Shown here: positions 47,672 to 60,724 of the stretch, one piece after another
Layout: each line of letters opens with the position of its first letter
Numbering within the stretch: the stretch's first letter is position 1
Source of the DNA: Phaeosaccion multiseriatum
Taxonomy: Eukaryota > Protista > Ochrophyta, other classes
Reading direction: 5' to 3'
NCBI GenBank assembly: GCA_965112735.1
Contig: OZ218953.1
Coordinates: forward strand, 4,216,001-4,280,000
DNA length: 64,000 nucleotides
Program-made: the position numbers and the translations under genes
The notes under the pieces: generated by a model
What the model was told of the DNA's origin: nothing
The model's input: only the letters and a program-made list of their open reading frames with translations
Databases searched by the model: none

Positions 47672-50606
47672 TTATGATGACTCAATGAGGGGCAAGACCT
47701 CGGCAGCAACCCTGCTGGAGGCGCTGCCCTTCCCCTCTGCCCTCCGCTTGTCCAACACGCTGCGCACACCGCTCTCCAGCCCCACCTCTCGCACAAGCTC
47801 CTTCGCCGGCACTCCCCCTGTGGCATTCGCATCGTTGGTGGGCACACATTCAGTTTCGGTTTCCGTTTAGTAGACCGTACACACCCGGACCAGGACGATC
47901 AGGACGGATCATGGCGCCCCATCCCCCCACCCACACACACACCCACACACACACACACCTACCTGTCTGTAGGAGCATGCCGGCGACCAGGAGCCTTCTC
48001 TCGAGCACGAGGTCGTCTTCCTCCTCCTCCACCCCGTCCAGGGTACTGAACAGCAGCTGAGTGCTCTCGTCCCCCAGGGGGTGCGGCTGCGGCTTGGCGG
48101 GTCTGTTGCTGGAGTAGGAGGTGTTGTAGAGGTCGACTGTGTAGTTGTGGAGCACGGCGGCTGCGAGTTGCCTCACGTCTTGCCGGGCATGTCTCAGATC
48201 TACGCACACCAAAGAGAGAGAGCAGAGAGAGAGGGGGGGAAGGGGAGATGGAGAGAGAGAGGCGACGATAGCAAACACTGTTTATGTTCCTAAACCGATG
48301 GAGGAAGTGTGGAAACCGTGCCTGATGGACGCGTGTGGAGCATACTGAGAGCACACCATCGGGCTCCGACCTCGGGCTCCCTCTGGCCTGACCTCGTCTT
48401 CTTCTCGCCGCGAGAGGCAAGAGGACATGGCATGACTCAACACACTCGCTAACCCACTCACTCACTCACTCATTCACTCGTTCATTCACCTCACCCAACC
48501 ACCCACCCACTCCCTCACTCACTCACCTCTCAGGGCCGCTTCGAGGCAGAGGGGGCGCATGTCTTCTCCCACCATGAATCGCGTGCCCTCCTTCCTCCCA
48601 AAGGCGTTGGCCAACACGCAGTGTGCCATGGCAAGGTTCTGATCCGACGTGAAGCCCACTGTACCACCAACTGCTGTGGCTGCTGCCCCGTCCTGCTGAG
48701 ATGGAGAGGAGTTGTGCGTCTGCTTGAGTAGCGCCCGGAGCATCTTCTTGCAGCTCTCGTCCTCTTTGGCGTCGTGCGGTGCGTGGAGCACCATAAGCCT
48801 CACGAGACACAAAATGGGCATCTCCAGCTTAGCCTTAGTCTGCTGCTCCGGCTCCTGCATGGCCCGCAGCAAGACGCTGTACACAGAGGGAGGAAGTGGT
48901 GCCTGAGAGCTGCAAAGAGCATCCCCAAGGGCCGCGAGGGAGTCTCGCTCTCCCTCAGTCAGCACCAGCAGAGCCCCGTCCTTCTTGCCGCTCTCTGCTG
49001 CTGGGGCAGCACCACCATTATCACCCGACCCTGGTGTGCTGCTGCTTTCCGTGTCTATGGCCGCTGAGAAGGCCCCAAGAACCCTTGTCACTAATGCAGC
49101 GCATAAGGCCGCCGTGGAGTTGTTGGACAAGAGTGGCTTGGTGTTGGCGTCAAGGATGGGGTGAGATGGTGCTGCTGCTGCTGCTGTCCGCCCCGCCGCT
49201 GCTGAACTCGAAGACAAAGCAGGTGCGGCGGCTGCTGCTGCGGTGCGTCCCCCTCCAGCAGGGGGTAGGGCGTGGCCAAATGGATCGGAGTTCATCTGCC
49301 CCGTCATTTGCTCCTGCTCGGTGGATGTGTGCATGTTTGTACGCACAACGCCGAGGCACAGAAGGGGGGGGGGGGGGGGGGGGGGGGCAAGTACAAGGGT
49401 AAGGGCGACTTCATATTTTCTTTGTGAGCAAGAGGAAAAGGTAGAGGAAGGAATACTGTGTGGATACATGAAAATGCGGTGAAATTGATCCCACGAAGTA
49501 CACTTCTCGCCACGGCGGCAGTCAATGAATCAATGCCGCTGAAAGAGAAAAGAGACATAGGAGAATGGAAGAGATATCCGCTTCGCCTCCTGTGATCCTC
49601 TGCTTGTGTGACCTTACTCACCAGGATGGGTCGTAGCATGGCTCCCCCCGGCGATGTGAGAACCTCTTCGGGCAGCTTGACGATGAACTCGGGAATGCCC
49701 TTGGAGAGCAAGAAGTTGCTTGCTTGGTCGGTGAAATTGTTACAGTTCCAGGTCATGAGGTTGTACGACGCCTGCGTGAAGCGCGGGGATATTTCTCGCA
49801 CGAAATCGTTGAAGACCTAAGTAAGAGATGAACATGATATCTGGTGTCAGATGAAGGCGTGCAAAGTCAGACTTTCTCACTATCTCCCCTACTTCCTCCA
49901 GACCCCCATCCAGACATTCAGACACATATGCATCGATGCCAAACAGATATCCAGTCACTCCCGCCTTGCCACCCACCTCCTCTGGAATGTCTGTGTGCCC
50001 GAGGTCGATGTACCGGGCCGGCCTGTTCCCTCCATGCATTTGGATAAACTCCTCGTGGGGCTGAGAGTTTGAGTCAACGCAGAGATTGTGGGCACAGCAG
50101 GGGAAGGGGGTGGTATTGTTATTATACCACTATACACCATCGAACACCATCCACGGCTGGAACACGGGGGTGGATACAGGGGTAGCCATTTGAAGAGGGT
50201 GGGCAAGAGGGAGAAAGGAGGCCATCAAGGGGGGACACAAGCAAGATAAGTCCTTCGTCTATAAGGCTACGTACCATGCACTGAAGTCCTCCACCGTAGA
50301 AGTACTCCCTGAGTCGAGCAGCGGATCACATCGTAATTTCTTTGTTAGGCTACTCAAGAAAAGGCCGATTCTGGTAGCCATAGACTCACTTGTTGTATAC
50401 GATGATGCCCGTGTGCCAGATACCATCGATATGCTTTCCTGTGTACCACAGCAGAGGAGGGGACGAGGAGGGCAGCCAGTTGAGTGGGACTGCGTGGTGC
50501 GTGTTTTCGGCCCTTCCTTCCCCTCTTCACCTATAAGCTGCATGGACATGGCTGCCGCCATCCCCATGGAGAGGTCGTAGAGCGCGAGCTTCACTGGGTA
50601 GGCCAT
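47672..50606 (-). CDS. DeSI/PPPDE peptidase (desumoylase/deubiquitinase) with C-terminal PUL-like domain
   Basis: VKLALYDLSMG, IDGIWHTGIIVY (catalytic His), EYFYGGG, YNLMTWNCNNFT (catalytic Cys), GIPEFIVKLPEEVL.SPGG; later PILCLVRLMVLH, CVLANAF, VRQLAAAVLHNY, ERRLLVA.GML. Confidence 0.92.
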
Positions 50607-50949
50607 GGAAATATGGAAATGCGAAGGGAAGTTCGAGAAGTCATGAGAAGAAGTCAACGATCAGCTTGGGGGAAACGCCGGCTCGGAACCAGCTGTGGGA
50701 ATGCTCGGCATACCCGGTAGGAAAGAGCGTTCCTCCAGAAACTCGGCCAATCCCTTCTCCCTCTCCCTCTCATCACCTACTTCTCTCGCCACAACGCAGC
50801 TACTCCCCTTTGCGTAAAGAACAACACTTTGCCTGTGCGGTCCTCACTTCTTGCAAACAAATCCATCCCCAAGAAGAGAGGCAGCTTCGTCCAAAGTCGT
50901 TGTTCGCTGTAAACAAGGCCATTTAGCCCTCGGGCCGGAAGAGAGAACC

Positions 50950-52430
50950 ATGTCAGGCTGGAACGATTATATTAGCACCTACCTCACCCCCTCCGGCTCC
51001 ATCTGCCAGGCAGGCATCTATGGAAGGGCCAACATGCAGGTCTACGCCAACCTGGGAGACCTACAGGTGAGCCTGCTCTGCCCCTTCTCCCCCACTGCTG
51101 GCCCTCTGCGTTTTCCCCGTAGTTGAGAGCTACTGGTCTGCGGTGGGAAGCAGGCCTTTCGAAACTGTGCACGGGGCGGAGGAGGGCGGAGGTAGCCGGG
51201 GTGAAGAGGGTTGGGGAATTGGCCGGGGGGGGTACGGAGAGAGCTGCGTGGGTGTGGCGGTAGGGCCGTGCCCCCCCCTGCGCGCCTCCACTGCGGAGGC
51301 TGGGCGGAGGCTGGGCGGACGCGGAACTCAGCTGCAACATGGATGGCTGATGTGTCATAGGGATACGCGGGGCGGGAGCAGCAGGAGGGTGATAGCCATA
51401 CCTGCAAAACCCTTCCAATCAACCAGTCAGTCCGTCCTTGTCCTTTTCATTGGACGTGCTACTTACTGCTTGTGCCAGCATATATCTTCATCTCCCCTTT
51501 ATTTGTGAGCTTCCCAACTTATCCCTCTCCCTTCCCGTTCCCCCCCACGCTCTCGATGCGGCTCCTTTCCTCTTTGCTCTTCTCCCCTGCCGTACCCCCC
51601 TCCCCACAGCTCCAGCAGTACAATGCAACTGTCAACAAGGAGGGCCCCAAAGGTGACGTGATAGAGGTGACGGAGCCCGTCTACGAGGATCACAACTTAA
51701 TCAGTAAGTGGGAGACTGAAGAGGAGTGATACGTTAAGAGGGAGACGCGTTTCAGCGGCACGTCCCGCCGATCGTTGGACGAAAGATAGACACGCAAAGG
51801 GAGCGATAGCAACCACCACACACCTTGCAACACTTTGTCGAGTGTGGAAATCCAATGCAGAGCTTCTCGTAGAGCCTTGCATGTCCCCATATATTGCTGC
51901 TGTGTGCGTGTTGACGTCGGTGTGTACTCATCTCCTCCGCTCCTCCCCGTGTCCTTTGTGCCTCTCTTTTTGTAGACTGGTTGACAACAAAGGAGAAGCC
52001 GGCGCAAGGCTTTCGGATCGCACAGGTCAAATATCAGCTGCTGAGGACGGGAGGGGAGGACGAAACACCCATTCTCTATCTCAAGTGCAGCGGCGGCGCC
52101 GCCTGCGTTGCCGTTACCAACACACTCGTCATCATCGGTAAGGGTCAACAAGAGGAGTTGATCAGGAGAGTAGGGCGCATTGGGTGATGACAACGGCGAC
52201 GACGAAAGACATGTTGCTGAAGCTGCTGAAGCTTACGAAAGGCCTGTGGCGCTGCTGCCTCTGCCCTCCTCTGAAGCTGACGAAAGCCCTGTGGCTGTGC
52301 CTCTGTCCCCCTCTGCCTCCCTTCCCCCACAGGTATCTACAAGAGTGAAATGGAGCCTCCCTCGTCTCATGCAGCGTGCAACAAGGCAGTGGAGGACCTT
52401 GCTGAGCTACTCAAGGGCAGCGGCTACTAG
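50950..52430 (+). CDS. Profilin, 4 exons
   Basis: MSGWNDYISTYL..ICQAGIYG..|..|GFRIAQVKYQLLR...CSGGAACVAVTNTLVII|GIY...CNKAVEDLAELLKGSGY*. Confidence 0.9.
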
Positions 52431-53528
52431 AAAGATCAAGACGTAGTAGCAGCAGCAGGAGGAAGAGCAGGAGGAGAAGGAGCAGGAGGAGAAGGAGCAG
52501 CAGCAGCAATAGGCAGGGCAGCAGGAGATGGAGCAGCAGCAGCAGCAGGAGGAGGGGGAGGAGGAGGAGGAGAATTTGGATGTGAAGGAAGCAAGTTGGA
52601 GCTTTGAGATCGCCCTGAGAGTTTCGAGGCGAGCCAAAGCGGGCATAGGAGCCCACTCTGGGGAAGATGGACCCGGGGGATCCGATGCAACGCAGGAGGG
52701 GGGGGGGCTCTGCGGGACCGAGCGGATCTACTTCAGGAAGAGAGAGGCGAGGAAGGGAGAAGTTGGAAGGAAGGTGGGAGGAAAGGAACGTTGGAAGGAG
52801 GGATGGGGGGAGGGAGGCGTGTATATGTATACCCAGGCATGCGACAGATGAAAGAAAGGGCGGCGAAGCGAGGGAGCGACGGCGACAACGAGACCCTCTC
52901 ACCACCGAAGATTTGCCTTCAACCCTTTGTTCGTTACTCCAGTGGCTTTTCGCCGTGGGAAGGGAATGGGGTGAGAGGCATCCATCAAGAGGAGAGGTTT
53001 TCTGTGTGTGTGTGAGAAGAGTTGGGCGGGGGGGGAGGGGTTGTTTTGGTGGGGTTTGTTACCGTACTGGGCCTTGTGAGAGCGAGTAAGGAGCGGGTCA
53101 GGTTCGCAGGCTTTTTGTCAAACACACAATACACATGCGGTACAGGTGCGGCACGAGTACTTGCACTTGCGCACACATGGTGTTCTAAAGCCTCTTTTTT
53201 TTTACAACATGTGTTCTGCTTTGTCGGGAGGGAGTATGATGAGAGCTTCTCATGGGCGTGGGGGGGGGGGGGGGGATGAATGAATGAATTGACGCGCTGC
53301 TGTCTCCAGCAAGCGCATTTCAATGACGCCTTCGTATAATATAAACATGACAAAGAACAGAACAGTCTTCCTCCCTCCCTTGACGGTGTCGTGCACAAAC
53401 TAATCACGTTTGTCGTCAGACTGTCGGCAGACCGTACGCTGCCAGCAGCTCGGTTTGGCTTCTGGACACTCAAGAAGCTGCTTTTAAGTGAACACGGCTC
53501 CGTCTGTCAGTGCGCTTGCGCTTTGTCA

Positions 53529-53734
53529 TCATACAAAGGTCTCTCGATTGACTTTCTTCCTCGAGAGGCAGCAGCAGCAGCCCTCCACCCCTTCCATGCT
53601 GTCGCTCTGCCGACTCAGGCACTCAGGCAAGCATAGCCACGCGGGGAGTCAAGTGAGGAGACTTGCCTTGCTTCAAAAGCGCTGCTGAGCTCGACCTCCA
53701 CATTCAAGTGGTGCACATCCTCCTTTACTGTCAT
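53529..53734 (-). CDS. Candidate 45-aa microprotein with Cys4 cluster, needing one GC-AG intron
   Basis: MTVKEDVHHLNVEVELSSAFEA|SMEGVEGCCCCLSRKKVNRETFV* via AG|gcaagt donor at 53666 and cag acceptor at 53599; no homology recognised. Confidence 0.25.
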
Positions 53735-54071
53735 GCATCACCGAAGTCTCCGTGGCCCCGTTACCGTTACCACCCTTTGGCTTTGGCCCCATTTCTTCCC
53801 GGTCACCGGTCGAGCGTTGGGGCGCGATGCCAAGCAAAATACGCGGCCGCAAGAAGGCGGTTTGGCTCAAGTATCTGCACCCGCGGCACCCATAGGCGGC
53901 CACATGCTTGGCAAGAGGCACGTCGATCGCGAAACTCGCGTACGTACGTAGGAACAGGTTGAAGTTGGCACCGTTTGATAACCAAAGCCGTTCCATGTCC
54001 GTTTGCTTCCTTCCTTCGATCGTCGGGAAAGGTGTGGGCGGAGAAGAGAGAGAGAGAGAAAGAGAGACCCC

Positions 54072-55506
54072 TCATGTCTTGACAAGGCTATCCACAGCGG
54101 CGGCCAGACCATTGACATAGTCCTGCCCTCTAGGTATGCATGTGGGATCCCCTTCCTTCTGCTTCGAGACGAAGCTCTCAATCGGTTCCCACCTGTACAT
54201 GCAAGCACAGCAAGAAACTGAGTTGATCACTCTCCTGTTTATAGACGCCCGACACCAACAAGGGTGAGGTGAAAAAGGGAGGAAATACACACCGCAAGCA
54301 AGCAGCAGTCAATCCATGAAGTCCATCCAAATACATACCTCGCGTCGGTCACCTCCCCCGGCTCGAAGGTCAAGTCTGAAATGTCTCCCTCGAAGCGAAG
54401 CAGGTACACGTCCTGTGCAAGTAAGTAGCAAACAAGTGAAACAGTCAGTCGGATCATCAATCTCCGAGAAAGGGATTGGTCACAAGGGAGACACAAGTAC
54501 CACTTGCTTACTGCTCTCATTCGCGAGGATACTTCCTCTCGATGTGCTGCCGCTGGCCCCGAGGCGTTTCCGCGACAGATATCACACACCACGTACCATC
54601 TCCAGAGCCCCCCTTCCCCCAATGTCCACACCTCAATGACTGGGTGTTGTGTGACGCCCACACCCACCTTGAACTCGTTGCACTTGAAGGCTCCGTGCTT
54701 CTCGGTGCTACCCTCCGCCTGTGTGGCCACCGTAAAGAGGAACTTCAAGTCGCCCTGCTCCACGCTGAGACCCAGTTCCTCCTCCACCTCCTGTTGTTGT
54801 GTGGTTTGAATGGATGAGATACCCACCTCACATGTCAGTCACTCGCGTGCATGCCTTCGTCCTGGAAGCCCCCCCTCATCTGCGCACCTTCACCGCAGTC
54901 TCAAGACTGCCGTCTCCGGCTGTCATGTGCCCTCCCACACTACTCAGTGACACATGATAGAAGATTCATGGGAACAGAGGGAAGCAGCAGGGGCCAAGAG
55001 TCAGAGGCAAGGCCCAACCCTAGTGAATATGAAAAAATTGAATTCGCTCACCTCACGTCCCACATGTCTGGGAAGGTGTCCTTCAGGGCCGAGCGCCGCT
55101 GCAGTACCACGTCTCCCCGCCCATTGACGAGCCACACATGCACAGCGCGATGCCAGTCTCTGGTGGAGTGACACGGCAAGCGACGAACATGAGAAACCGG
55201 GTCGTCTCTCTTTCAGGGACCACGTACTACTCACCCTTCTGCGTGCACCAGTCGTCGAGCTTTCCTCTCCCCCGTAGTCGTTGGTGCCTCTTGCTGTCTC
55301 CCCAAAGCAATGGGCGCTTTGCACACCTCAAACAACTCTCCCCCGTCCTGCCCCCCACTGTTGTCCGGCATTGAGCCCCGTCTGCTCGCAAGTGGGCGGC
55401 GAACGGCAGAACCTCTCCCCACAAGCCCCCACGCTCCGAAAGCACCCACTCTCAAGCACATGCTGCTACTGAGCACCAGCGCACTGACTTTATATAAGCC
55501 ACGCAT
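54072..55506 (-). CDS. Nudix hydrolase (IDI type-1-like fold), probably plastid-targeted, 6 exons
   Basis: RRLVHAEG|DWHRAVHVWL..LQRRSALKDTFPDMWDVS|VGGHMTAGDGSLETAVK|EVEEELGL (Nudix box); N-terminus ...CLRVGA|FGAW resembles signal + Phe. Confidence 0.88.
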
Positions 55507-55538
55507 CTTCCCTTACCCTCAACACGGCGTGCAACGAT

Positions 55539-55636
55539 GCACCGTTGGAGCTGCTGTAGGTGGCACCGTTGGAGCCGTGGTAGGGGGCACCGTTGGAGCT
55601 GCTGTGGGTGGCACCGATGGAGCCGTGGTGGGGGCA
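55539..55636. repeat. 24-bp tandem repeat x4 (gcaccgttggagctgctgtaggtg-like)
   Basis: Contiguous units; the minus strand reads APTTAPSVPPTAAPTVPPTTAPTVPPTAAPTV. Confidence 0.85.
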
Positions 55637-55807
55637 TCGCAAAGGGGCAGGGGGGAGGGGGGGGGGGGATCCCATATGCCCCCAAATCCCCAAGGGGGGT
55701 TCTTATCTCGCGGTGGCCTACCTCCAGAGTAGACCTCTTCCATTGTCTGTATCGAGGTCTAGCAAAAGGCGCGAAAGAAAGAGTGCTGTCCAGGGATCAT
55801 AGCCTCT

Positions 55808-56270
55808 ATGAGGGAGGAGCTTAAGAAGCGACAGCAGGCTGACGACTACGCAAAAGTGATCCCCAAGAAGCGCGGAGGGTTTTCACCGCTCTCCAACGCC
55901 TCTTTTGCGTCGCTCCCTGGTGTGGCAGCGGCAGTAGTGCCGGACCTTCCACTTGCCCCGGCGGACGGCAGTGACCAGCAGCACCAGCTCTACCAGCTAC
56001 AGATGGAAGTGAACGTCCCTGCGGAGCCGATGGACGTGGCAGACGGTAGCGCCCTGTCTTCAACTGCTGCAGCGCTGGATCATCGGAAGCGCAAGCAACA
56101 GCAGCAGCATGAGGAGGCCAACAAGATCAAGAAGAAGCCAGCCCTACCAATCGGTGCCGCAGGGAGTGGTTTTCCTGCCACCAGCCCCAGCCCGAGTAAG
56201 CCGGCGCAGACCTCTCCTCTCCAGCAGCAGCCTCAGCAGCAACAACCCCCACAACAACAACAACAACACC

Positions 56271-56331
<61 letters not shown>

Positions 56332-57905
56332 TCAACAGCAGCAGCACCTGCAGCAGCAGCAGCAGCAGCAGCAGCACCAACTGCAGCAAAGGACAGCGGC
56401 CGCAGCGGCGGCAACTGTCAGCGGAGGGGGGGCGGGAGGTACGCCGCGAGGGTCGCTGGCCACATCCTGGTCATCGACCTCTCCTCATCCGCAGCACCAT
56501 CGCCCCCCAGCCTCACTCTCAGCAACACCGACTCCAGCCACTAGCGGCAATGGCAGTGTGACCGCAGCAGGAGGAGTAACAGGGGGAGGTTTGGTGGGGC
56601 CATTCTGGAACGGCAATCGAATCCAGTCCCTGGACCAGCTCAGGGGCTACTCTGAGAAATCCGTTTCCCCCGGACAAGACCAAACCGTGGTGACAGAGTT
56701 CTGGACCGCCTTCTTCCCTCCGTCTCCTCCTTCTCCTTCGCTGGCGACGGCGAATGTGCCTGCTGCTGCAGCGGCGGCAGCTGCAGTGGCGGCCACCACT
56801 GCCCTCGTCAAACCGTCGCCGAGCTCCTTCGTCGACCTCACAGCCAAGGAGCTGCTGGAGTACTACAAGGCCTACAAGACGCAGTACGGCATGCCCGTGC
56901 GGCTCATCGGCGCGCCCACTCTACTCCCGGTTGCGCGTAGCCTGGAGAGCCTGACCATGATGCTGGGAGGGGAAAAGAAGAACAAGGCAAGAGTCGGGGA
57001 GGACGAAGACGACGAGGAGGAGGGTGGTGAGGACGGCAAGGCTGGGGCAGTAGGCAAGGCGACGGGCTCAAAGAGCGCAGATGGGGGCAAGTTGAATATG
57101 GGCGGTGCCAAGGGTATCGGGGGGGCTGCCGCCGCAGCAGCTGCAAGCGCCTCGGAAGGCGTTGCGCACACCTTGGCACAGGGCCAGGCCGCACAGCTCA
57201 AGGGCATCAAGGGTGGCAAGGCCAAGGAAGGGGAGGAGGGCGGGGAGGTGGACAAGAGCAAGCCCCCGACGGCAGCGGACGCCAAGCTCGAGGAAGAGCG
57301 CCTGCGCAGGGTGGGGGAGCACCTCGCCTTGCTCAGCGGGTGAGTGAGTCATGAGTGGGTGCTTGCGTGTGTGGGTGGGTGGGTGGGTGGGTGGGTTTGT
57401 CGGTGAGTAAGTCAATAAGCGACGGGGCGGGGAGGAACAAGGAGGAAGGGCATGTACAATGTATAGCAAAGAGGGAGGACCGCCCTTGTTGGTGCCCAGT
57501 TCCAGAGGGACCTCTTGTTTTGCGTGTGCTCACCCCCCCTCCAACTCTGGCACCTTCACTTGCCTATCATTCTATCGATGTATCTATCCGTACGATCATC
57601 AGGCCCAGAGCCCCCCAGATGAGGGAATGTCTCAAGAGCCACTCGGCCCGACCGTCGCTGGGCCAGGGGATCGATCTTGTCAATGCTATCCACCGACTCA
57701 TGACGACTTACAAGGAGAAGAAGGGTATCTCTGTCACCAAACGGACCCTCGCTGAAGACTTTGGCATCAAGCACTGTGCCTTGGGCGTGTGGACCACACG
57801 ACTCGCCTGTATCGAGCGCTTCTTCACCAAGCAGAACGCCGCTGGCGCCATTGCTGCGAGTGCTGCTGCTGCGGCGGCGGCAGGGACCGGCGCTACTGAA
57901 GCCGG

Positions 57906-57944
<39 letters not shown>

Positions 57945-58290
57945 CACTCCGGGTGGTGGTGCCGGTACGGCAAATACCACGGCAGCTGCGGCGGCCGCTG
58001 CCATAGCTGCGGTAGGGGCAGCAGCTGGTGCCACTGGGGGGGTGGGGGGAACTGCCACCTCCAACCCTAATGGTCTCAGCAGCGGCGGTAGCGGCCCATA
58101 CACGCCACTCTTCGTCGATCTGGAGCACTCCCCAACGTATCTCGCCATACCTGCGCAAGTGGAGCAAGGACGCACGGAGGTCAAGACCACCGCTGGCAAC
58201 ATGTTGAGCCTGGCCCCAGCCTTCAGTCACAAGGCGAGGACATCGAGCAAAGCCTTCAAGGCGCTCCAGATGACGCAGCAGAAGAAGTAG
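55808..58290 (+). CDS. PolyQ/polyA low-complexity protein, putatively nuclear, with possible HTH, 2 exons
   Basis: 511-aa ORF joined by intron ~57340-57602 (GG|G CCC AGA) to the second exon; KRK/KKK motifs; VTKRTLAEDFGIKHCALGVWTTRL is HTH-like. Confidence 0.7.
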
Positions 58291-59078
58291 TGAGGAGGGG
58301 GGGGGGGGGAGGGGAGAGGAGAGGCTTCAACTGATCGGAACACGAGGAGGAGACTCGGGTTGTTGATGCCTGTCAGTTTGTTCCGGCCTTTCTTCTTCTG
58401 CGCATGGGTGTATGTAGGGAGGAGGAGAAGGAGAAGACAGTGCTACTGTACGACCTGTCGAAGCGGTTTGAAGCAAGTGGTTGTGTGTATGAGAGGGAGG
58501 GGGGTGGGTCCCCTCTCGATGACTGCTGGAGATTGCTGTGAGAGAGAGCAAGCATCAAACTTAAACTTGGTAGGTAACACGGCACAGCACGCACGGGAGC
58601 TGATAATTATTAATTTTTTATTAAAAAGTAAGTAATGTACTTTGACCCCGCCTCTTGGGGCCCTCTTGGGGGGCGCCACTCATCCACCCCCTCTCTCCCT
58701 TATTCCCTGGCCCGCTTCTGTGCCCTCCAACGCGAGGAACCGAGATGTCGAGGTGCTGAACTCGGGCTTAGCTCAGCTATTCCACTGTTCCAAGACTTAG
58801 AACAAAAGACCGTCCACCAGAATCAAGTTGCCCAGCACGTACACGCACACACGCACACACGCACGCACGCAAGCACGCACACACGCGTTTGGCCGCTACT
58901 GAGCCTCCTTCCTGTTACAGTACAGCATCCTGTGCCGAACGTTACACTTCAATTGCCTGCTGCCGTGTTCCCTTTGTGACGCTTCACACTTGTTGAGAGC
59001 GAGCGGGGCAGAGCAGGCACGCGCTCCGAGGACAGTTTACATGTCATCTTCCCCACACTACTCTTTTGTTGCTTGCTG

Positions 59079-60688
59079 TCAGGCGTCGACTTTCTCCTCT
59101 TTCTCCTCTTCCTCTTTCTCCTCTTTCTCCTCTTCCTCTTCCTCCTCTTCGTGGTCGCTTCGGTCGCTTCGCGTGCGCCTCTCCTCTCTCCCCGCCGCCG
59201 CTGGCCCTCCCCCTCCCCCCACCCCAAGATGCAGAGCTATATCCCTCTGCAGATGCAACATCTCATTCACCCTATGATCCACATGAAGTGTGGTCTGTTT
59301 GAGGCTGCGCACCTGACACAGCATCTCGAGATCGAGGCCCGTGTTGAGACGGAAGAGGGCGTCGTCGAAGGAGGCTTTGCAGTCCCGCAGCTTGGCTTGG
59401 AAGGCGCGGCTCAAAATGAACTGACGCAGCTGTTGATAGGATGACAAGGGGATGGCATATACGACGGGCAGCAGAGCGGAGCGTAAGGAAGAGAGGCAAG
59501 CACAGCTCAAGCGAACACCCTGTCGAGCAGGGGAGGCCCGTGTGACGCGAGTTATGAGAGTGGCTGGGACACTGAGCGAAGCAAGCGGGGGCGCTCTCTC
59601 CACCATGCAATCTCGACCATACCGACAGGTCTCTTGATGTTAACCCCCCCACCAGTCCACCAGTCCACCACTCCACCAGTCCACCAGTCCACCCACCTTT
59701 CCCTTGCCGGCGTACGTTTCCGCCTCTTCGTACAGCTCACAGAGATGGGCCTCGACCTTCGCGATCATCTCTACCGCCTGCGTCTGCGCAAGCCCCTCGG
59801 TCTCGGCATCGGCCTGTTCATAGTAATGATGTCCGTCGTCGTCTTCAAGGCGAATCAAAGCAGAATAGGAACAATCTCCACTGCTGGTAGAGCTATCAAC
59901 ATCCTCCTCGTCGCCCCCCTCCTCCTCGTTGTCGTCGAGTTTCCCCCGCCGCCGTTCACCTCGGGCGCCTTCCTCTTCGCACCGCAGAAGAAGCCCCCTT
60001 CTCCTGCCCCCTTCCCCTGTCTTCCCCTCTTGCCGCTCGGCCGCAAAGTAGTCCCGCAGCCCTTCCAACACGATGACCATGTCCCCTATCCACTCGCAGA
60101 TTTCCTCTCCGTGAGCCAAGTTGGAAGCCTGTGCCTGGAGCATGGTCGACACAGCATGGGCCGTGATGATGGCCGCCGTTAGGGCCGGAACCAGCGGGCT
60201 CGCCACCGCAGTTCCAACTGCAGCGGTGGCGAGAAGAGCACCGATGCCTGCCTCTGCCACATGACCTGACATCCCGCCTCCTGCCTCTCCTGCTTCGTCC
60301 TTCTTGCTCTCCTCTCCAACGGAGCGCCGCGAGGAGGAGGAGCCCCCGAGCCCCCGCCCCCCATCTGCTGCTGCTCGGGGCCCTATTTGGCTTCCGTGAA
60401 GAGAGGCAAGTTTGGAGCGCGAGGGCGGGCAGTCGGAGATCATCGTACGGCTGCTATCGCCGCAAGTGGAGAGGGCCGAACTGTCGATTCTGGTGCTGGT
60501 GCTGCTCCTGCTCCTGCTCATGAGCCGGGTACTCGAGGAGGACCTCATCTGGTAGAGAGGCAACAGTTGGCCATCGCCCGCGCTCGTCTTGGTCACAGGC
60601 TCCATCCTGGGCGTCGGAGAATTACTCGAAGAATCCTCGTCACTACCGTCCCCTATTGTAGCCCCAACCCGACCACCCCGACCACCAC

Positions 60689-60724
<36 letters not shown>

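Noticed and set aside
55539-55636. 24-bp repeats as a CRISPR array
   Set aside because: Contiguous with no spacers, eukaryotic context, no cas genes
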